The position numbers and the translations under genes were made by a program. Below are positions 44,152-48,699 of a DNA stretch of 48,699 nucleotides, piece by piece. Source of the DNA: Thermoplasmata archaeon (GTDB lineage: Archaea; Thermoplasmatota; Penumbrarchaeia; JAEHCK01; GCA-020356005); the NCBI GenBank assembly GCA_020356005.1, contig CP070629.1:1981490-2030188 (forward strand), written 5' to 3'. The notes beneath the pieces were generated by a model that was not told the origin of the DNA, ran no database searches, and was given only the letters and a program-made list of their open reading frames with translations. Position 1 is the first letter of the stretch, and each line of letters starts with the position of its first letter.

Positions 44152-44775
44152 ATGGAACCCTACCTCGTTATAGTTTTAACAATTTTTATCCTAATAGTGC
44201 TTCTTATAATTTATCAGATTTACCGCTGGTATCAACTCTATTTGCGTGCGCAGGAATACAAGAGCCCCGGTGGGGGTACCAAAGTCTTGAAAAAGCCTGT
44301 TCCAAGGTACCAGCTTGTGTACGGCAGCAGCTATCTACTTTTAGAAGATAAATCGGTGGAAAGCTTCAAGTTATTTTCAAGCTACATATCGCAGGGCAGC
44401 AAAGGGCTGCTTATAACGCGCATTTTCCCGGCAAAGGTTCGCAAGCAGTATAATCTCGGTAATACACCTGTACTGTGGCTCAGCCGCACGCAGGAGGGCA
44501 AGGCGATAAATCCCACGAACCTGGGCGTGCTGGTGGAGGAGGTACGGGAATACATAAAGAAGAACCGTAAAACGATAATACTGCTGGACGGATTGGAATA
44601 CCTAATAATCGAGAACGATTTCGAGCGTGTACTGAAATTTATCAACAGCCTTGAGGATGAGATCGCTCTCCATAATTCAAGACTGCTGGTGTCTGTTAAC
44701 CCGAAAGTTCTAGACCCTGAGAAAAAGGCACTACTTGAAAAGACTTCAAAGGTGCTAGTGGGAGATGAGAAATAG
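44152..44775 (+). CDS. DUF835-family membrane-anchored protein
   Basis: N-terminal TM (LVIVLTIFILIVLLIIYQI), then GLLITRIFP..VLWLS....INPTNL......IILLDGLEYLIIENDFERVLKFINSLED. These match the DUF835 pattern as I recall it. Confidence 0.7.
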   Translation: MEPYLVIVLTIFILIVLLIIYQIYRWYQLYLRAQEYKSPGGGTKVLKKPVPRYQLVYGSSYLLLEDKSVESFKLFSSYISQGSKGLLITRIFPAKVRKQYNLGNTPVLWLSRTQEGKAINPTNLGVLVEEVREYIKKNRKTIILLDGLEYLIIENDFERVLKFINSLEDEIALHNSRLLVSVNPKVLDPEKKALLEKTSKVLVGDEK

Positions 44776-44814
44776 CTATAAGATTATTTTAATTATTGAA
44801 AGCTGTAAAAGCTT

Positions 44815-45160
44815 TCAGGTTGCGTTATGCGGTTGCAGTGGCGAGGGGCGTAACGTTGGGCGTCTAACGTTTAGCGGCTTTTAATTCTAATACATTATCC
44901 AATACGAGTTTCAATACATTTTTACACGACGAACGTCGCTACCGCTTGACGTAACGCATATCGCAACCGCTGAAGAGATTGCCGGCGTTGACTAGTTGCC
45001 CACACCGACCAGAAAAAAATGATTTCGAGGTGTAGGGCCGTGCAGAATAAAACAGTATATTGTCATTAGGATATACTTGTCAACGCTCGGCGGTGCCGTT
45101 ATATCAATGTAAATTTAAGTCGGTACGCACCTCGCAACCACTCAACGTTTACCGCTTTTC
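44815..45160. repeat. family C-derived large inverted structure
   Basis: ggttgcagtggcgaggggcgtaacgttgggcgtctaacgtttagcggc lies on the left. cggtacgcacctcgcaacc (45121-45139) is the exact reverse complement of the 19-mer at 10463-10481 and 47631-47649. Confidence 0.7.
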
Positions 45161-45186
45161 TATAAGCAATCTGAAATCATTTATTC

Positions 45187-45203
45187 TTTGTTATATATAA
45201 TTT
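45187..45203 (+). promoter_or_regulatory. TATA-box candidate for a leaderless KaiC-like ATPase transcript
   Basis: tttgttatatataattt is centred about 32 nt upstream of ATG 45227. Confidence 0.4.
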
Positions 45204-45226
45204 AATAACAACTTTTATCAATATGA

Positions 45227-45946
45227 ATGGATTATACAGCCTATGGTGAGCCGGTTATGGTGAAGCTGTTGAAGACCTACATACGCGGTTTTGACGAGGA
45301 GATCGGAGGGGGGATACCCCTGGGCCATGTGGTGCTGGTAACAGGCAGCCCGGGCACGATGAAATCCACGCTGGCGTACAATATCTTGTATAATGCAGTA
45401 AAACGCGATAAAATGAGCTCGTTGTACATATCGCTTGAGCAGAGCAGCCGGTCGCTGCTGTTCCAGATGGTTCGATGCGGTATGAAGGAAACCTTCGGCG
45501 ACGATCTGCTTATTGTTGACCTGGCCAAGATCCGCAAGCAGCTGGACGAAGCCCGTGATAAACCGTGGCTGGAGATACTTCGCAAGCACATCCAGTATAT
45601 CATAGCCAAGAACCGCTATCAGATAATAGTCATCGATTCTCTGCCCGTACTTGAGATACTGACCAGGATGGAAAATAAGCGCACACAGTTCTTCCATTTC
45701 TTCGAGTGGCTGCGTGACCTGAAGCTCACCTCGTTCATAATCACCGAGATCTCTGACGATCCCACTATTCTGCGGGACGAGGAGTTTTTAGCGGACGGCG
45801 TGATATATCTTTCCATGAAGCAGGTGGGCGAGATAGATATCCACCGCCGTATCAGGTGCATCAAGATGAGGGGAATGGACCATTCCACCAGCCAGTTCAC
45901 ACTGGAGTTTAAAAAGAACGAATTTAGAGTGACGAGGGCAATATAA
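45227..45946 (+). CDS. single-domain KaiC/RecA-superfamily ATPase (ArlH/KaiC-like) with atypical Walker A
   Basis: GFDEEIGGGIPLGHVVLVTGSPGTMKSTLA. Walker A reads GSPGTMKS (45344-45367), with M where the conserved G of GK[ST] sits. Also YISLEQS, Walker B QIIVIDSL, and a C-terminal RRIRCIKMRG. 239 aa. Confidence 0.8.
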   Translation: MDYTAYGEPVMVKLLKTYIRGFDEEIGGGIPLGHVVLVTGSPGTMKSTLAYNILYNAVKRDKMSSLYISLEQSSRSLLFQMVRCGMKETFGDDLLIVDLAKIRKQLDEARDKPWLEILRKHIQYIIAKNRYQIIVIDSLPVLEILTRMENKRTQFFHFFEWLRDLKLTSFIITEISDDPTILRDEEFLADGVIYLSMKQVGEIDIHRRIRCIKMRGMDHSTSQFTLEFKKNEFRVTRAI

Positions 45947-46330
45947 TCAGGACCCAGGACCCAGGACTCAGGGGTGATTTTAATCTGAGAGATTACCTAT
46001 TCGGTTTTGGCAAGGGGAAATTTTTGGCCACGAAGGGCACGAAAGACACGAAAATAATCTAGGGTTTTGATTAAAAACGTCTTGATTTCTAACGTCCCCC
46101 CACCCCTTATTAACCGCGGAACCGCAGAAGCGCGGAACGAAACGAGGTTCGATTCTGTGCCTCGTAACGAACATCGAATCCGAATACCGTAACGAGCCTC
46201 GATACCGTTAGACGTAACGCTAGACGCGACCGCTAATCGTAACGAGTCTCGCAACCGCCAAACGTGTTCCGCTCTTCTTGTAGCAATATATAATCACCCT
46301 AGCGCCTATTCTCTAGCGCCTAATCTAATC
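45944..46330. repeat. composite spacer: family D plus core, family C words, and an inverted copy of the 4983-5020 module
   Basis: taatcaggacccaggacccaggactcaggggtgattttaatc resembles 44058-44104. ccgttagacgtaacgctagacgcgaccgc is family C. aatcaccctagcgcctattctctagcgcc resembles the reverse complement of ggcactagagaatagagatgaggcgctagggtgatt. Confidence 0.7.
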
Positions 46331-46390
46331 TAAATTAAATTGTTACACTTGTTGCAGCTGTACACAATTACGATTGTAGTATTGAGCACT

Positions 46391-46828
46391 TTACGCATAT
46401 TTCTGGCAGGTATAGCAGTACCATTTCTGGTATTGCTGTACAAAAGTCAAAGGCCCGTTGCAGCTCTTGCATGTCTGGCCGCCCTGAGGCGGCGGTGGTG
46501 CTGGCGCACCGGCTCCGCCCATCAGCCGGCCGTCAAGAGCGGCGAAGTATTTATTGAGGGTCTCATCGGTTTTACCGAAAGAAGTCATTGCTCCCTCTGC
46601 TTTCACCTTTACCTTAACAAGAGTTCCGCCCTGAGGAGCCTGGCTTACCTGGATTTTGATCTTTTCGCCCATCATGGTCCTCACATCTGATTTCCCCTTA
46701 CCCTTGATCTCTCCGGTCTGGGGATTGGCGGATTTCAATTTCCCCCTGGAATCCACAATGGCGTTCTGGGCCGCCTGAAATACTACATCATATTGCTGCG
46801 GATAAACTCGTTCCCCTTTTGCAGACAT
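46391..46828 (-). CDS. hypothetical protein with C-terminal zinc ribbon
   Basis: 145 aa with a beta-rich N-domain, a P/G linker (GAGAPAPPPPQGG) and CKSCNGPL...WYCYTCQKY at the C-terminus. Confidence 0.55.
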   Translation of the reverse strand: MSAKGERVYPQQYDVVFQAAQNAIVDSRGKLKSANPQTGEIKGKGKSDVRTMMGEKIKIQVSQAPQGGTLVKVKVKAEGAMTSFGKTDETLNKYFAALDGRLMGGAGAPAPPPPQGGQTCKSCNGPLTFVQQYQKWYCYTCQKYA

Positions 46829-46930
46829 TTATATCCCGGCACACTAAATATAATTCTTCATGCATAAATCTATCGGTGGATATAGGACGTAATACTAATA
46901 TGTGATAACGATATTCAGGGATTGATTACG

Positions 46931-47572
46931 ATGAAGAAGGATATGAAGGGCATTATTTTGATGGTAATCGGTTTGAATATAGCAGCTTATGGAGGATCGA
47001 TAGTTATACCTATTTTGATGATGCCTTCCGATGTTAGTGAAATAGCCTATGGTGGATTTGGTACTTTGTTCTTTTTAGGAGGACTTGCCGGTTCAATTAT
47101 AGGGTTGGTAATGTTCTTTATGGGATGGAAATTATATTCAGAAGCAAGTTTAGAATCCAAGGCCAGGAAAGGTGAATACTGGCAGCCGCCGTTGAGTTCA
47201 CATCAACCTGTGATCGTCCAGAGCTATCGAGAGGAGGAGGCCGGGTATCCAAGAACCGACGTGCGAAAAACAGAGCCTGTTCGCAAAACGGTGCCCACGG
47301 CGGAGGTTGTGGAAGAACAAAAGCCGAAGGTTGAGAAAAAAGCCGAACCAAAGGTACCGCAAAAATCCAGAGGTGCAATGATACGCGAGTACGAAGCGAT
47401 TTTCAATATAAGCGAGGATCGCGCCAGGAATCTTTACGACAGCGGATATACAACGGCCAGGGCACTTGCACTGGCCGAGCTGTCAGATCTATTGAAGGTG
47501 GAGGGCATCAATCCGACTATTGCTAAAAAGATTAAAAGAACAGCCAGGATATTGGAGAGGATCAGGGATTGA
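46931..47572 (+). CDS. membrane protein with C-terminal helix-hairpin-helix domain
   Basis: Three hydrophobic helices, a charged linker, then LAELSDLLKVEGINPTIAKKIK (HhH-like). ATG 46931 chosen; the track starts at TTG 46922. Confidence 0.55.
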   Translation: MKKDMKGIILMVIGLNIAAYGGSIVIPILMMPSDVSEIAYGGFGTLFFLGGLAGSIIGLVMFFMGWKLYSEASLESKARKGEYWQPPLSSHQPVIVQSYREEEAGYPRTDVRKTEPVRKTVPTAEVVEEQKPKVEKKAEPKVPQKSRGAMIREYEAIFNISEDRARNLYDSGYTTARALALAELSDLLKVEGINPTIAKKIKRTARILERIRD

Positions 47573-47608
47573 TGAGAAAAGATTTCAATAAGCTTTTAAA
47601 TCGTTTAT

Positions 47609-47830
47609 AGAAGTGCGGAAAACGGTGTGCGGTTGCGAGGTGCGTACCGTTAAGCGTCTAACGGTTAGCGGCCGAAAAACGTCTAACGCTAGACGTTACG
47701 CACTGCGCTACCGCCCAACGTTAGACATACCTCTGGAATCGATTATTAAGCTTAAAAAAAAGAAAAAAAATCAGGGACTGGGTCCAGGATCCTAAGTTCT
47801 TGGTCCTGGGTGTCCGCCCCTGATTAACTT
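47609..47830. repeat. second copy of the family C hairpin followed by a family D-like palindrome
   Basis: 47609-47735 aligns with 10441-10572 at about 80% by my hand count (25 mismatches in 132). Then cagggactgggtccaggatcctaagttcttggtcctgggtgtcc. Confidence 0.8.
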
Positions 47831-47859
47831 GGTTTAATCAAAGCCTGCTCTTGTTCTGC

Positions 47860-48699
47860 TCAGTTACCGATTTTGTTGTAGTATTCTGTAGCTGTATCGC
47901 TTGGCAGCCAGTTAGTCAAGAACGCTTTTGCCTTTACCGTGGTGGTATTCCAAATTCCGAAGCTACCTGTGTATTTTATTGAAGACTGCGTGGGTTCCGT
48001 TCCGTCCAGGGTGTAATATATCACAGCCCAGGGTGTTGCACAACTTATGGTTATGTTTAGATACGATGTGAAGTTGCGGCCGCTGGGCTTGATTATCGGT
48101 GTGGCTACCTTGTTCTGGAAGTAGAAATCGGCTTTTGCTATATCGCTTTCCTCCCAGCATCCACCCTTTTTCGCCATTGCCTTCACTGTCGTGTTATCGT
48201 TGATATTGAACGATCCGGTATACACAGACCAGTTCGAAGGTTCAGGTGTACCCATTTTATACGCTTTGTAGTATATCGTCGCATTGGGTGTACCGCATGA
48301 AATTGAAACCGTTACAGTGGTATTGAAATATCCACCGTTGGGTGTAATCGTTGGTGTTAACACCTTGAATTTCCTGTTATAGGTCTGTGAAGCCGTATCG
48401 CTTGGCGTGCAGTTACCGCTGTAGGCCTTGGCCTTTACAGTTACAGTATCGTTGATGAACAGCAAGAACATGCCGGTGTATAACGTCGAAGTTGTTGATG
48501 GCTCGCTGCCGTCAGTGGTATAATATATCGTAGCTCCTGCGGTTGTACATGTTATGGTAACATTTACCCACATGCTTTGACATACCTCATTGGGCATGAT
48601 AACCGGCGTGTCAACTTTACACGGCTCAGGTCCCGGCCCCGGGATTTCCGGTTCGGGCTGCGTGTCGTAGGTCCCCAGCAGTCTGCGGTTGTACTGCCT
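47860..48699 (-). CDS. surface protein with chitobiase/hexosaminidase C-terminal-like (CHB_HEX_C) repeats; 5' end outside window
   Basis: Three repeats of C.TPgATIYYTtDGSEPs.sS..YTG.F......TVKAKA......PSD.A. The reading frame stays open upstream of the first Met to the window edge (..EPCKVDTPVIMPNEV). Confidence 0.7.
   Translation of the reverse strand, partial: RQYNRRLLGTYDTQPEPEIPGPGPEPCKVDTPVIMPNEVCQSMWVNVTITCTTAGATIYYTTDGSEPSTTSTLYTGMFLLFINDTVTVKAKAYSGNCTPSDTASQTYNRKFKVLTPTITPNGGYFNTTVTVSISCGTPNATIYYKAYKMGTPEPSNWSVYTGSFNINDNTTVKAMAKKGGCWEESDIAKADFYFQNKVATPIIKPSGRNFTSYLNITISCATPWAVIYYTLDGTEPTQSSIKYTGSFGIWNTTTVKAKAFLTNWLPSDTATEYYNKIGN

Noticed and set aside
16264-45946. Interpreting the supercluster as an archaellum or a canonical type IV pilus locus.
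   Set aside because: There are no ArlI/PilB-type ATPase, ArlJ/PilC platform, ArlF/G/X/CDE or prepilin peptidase genes. The KaiC-like protein alone is insufficient, and the pilin-like proteins are far larger than archaellins.
1-47830. CRISPR array interpretation of the intergenic repeats.
   Set aside because: There is no constant-length direct repeat alternating with unique spacers. The repeats are inverted, degenerate and tandem 7-10-mers, and no cas genes are present.

Overview
This is an archaeal window. Markers are RNA polymerase subunit L/Rpo11, archaeal-type TruD, a Nog1-type GTPase, DUF63, DUF835, a KaiC-like ATPase, class III (type IV pilin-like) signal peptides, and TATA boxes about 30 nt upstream of several start codons. 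All family calls rest on motif recognition by eye; no searches were run. No rRNA, tRNA, CRISPR array, transposase or integrase was recognised.

Layout:
- 1-15.9 kb holds housekeeping genes (rpoL-truD, DUF63, a GT-C glycosyltransferase, nog1, pdxT). It also holds an AT-rich block of small membrane, zinc-finger and wHTH genes, an HAF-repeat secreted protein, and a four-helix-bundle (23S rRNA IVS/Avd-like) ORF inside an inverted-repeat cassette.
- 16.3-45.9 kb is a co-directional cell-surface supercluster. Two paralogous giant type-I membrane proteins flank an operon of four class III signal peptide proteins. Each flanking giant has beta-helix-like repeats, 8 CARDB-like domains, a TM helix and a cytoplasmic tail with three zinc ribbons. 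Two of the operon proteins are about 2000-aa modular pilin-like proteins carrying CARDB, alpha/beta, vWA and jelly-roll modules. A DUF835 membrane protein and a single-domain KaiC/RecA-like ATPase follow.
- 46-48.7 kb holds small zinc-ribbon and HhH membrane proteins and a partial surface protein.

The second main signal is in the intergenic DNA. Outside the supercluster interior, most spacers of about 130 nt or longer (including those beside its last three genes) are filled by mosaic, imperfectly palindromic repeat elements. These are built from short (often heptamer) tandem words and share a core GGGTGATTTTAATC; I estimate about 4 kb in total. No pilus assembly ATPase, platform protein or prepilin peptidase lies in the window.
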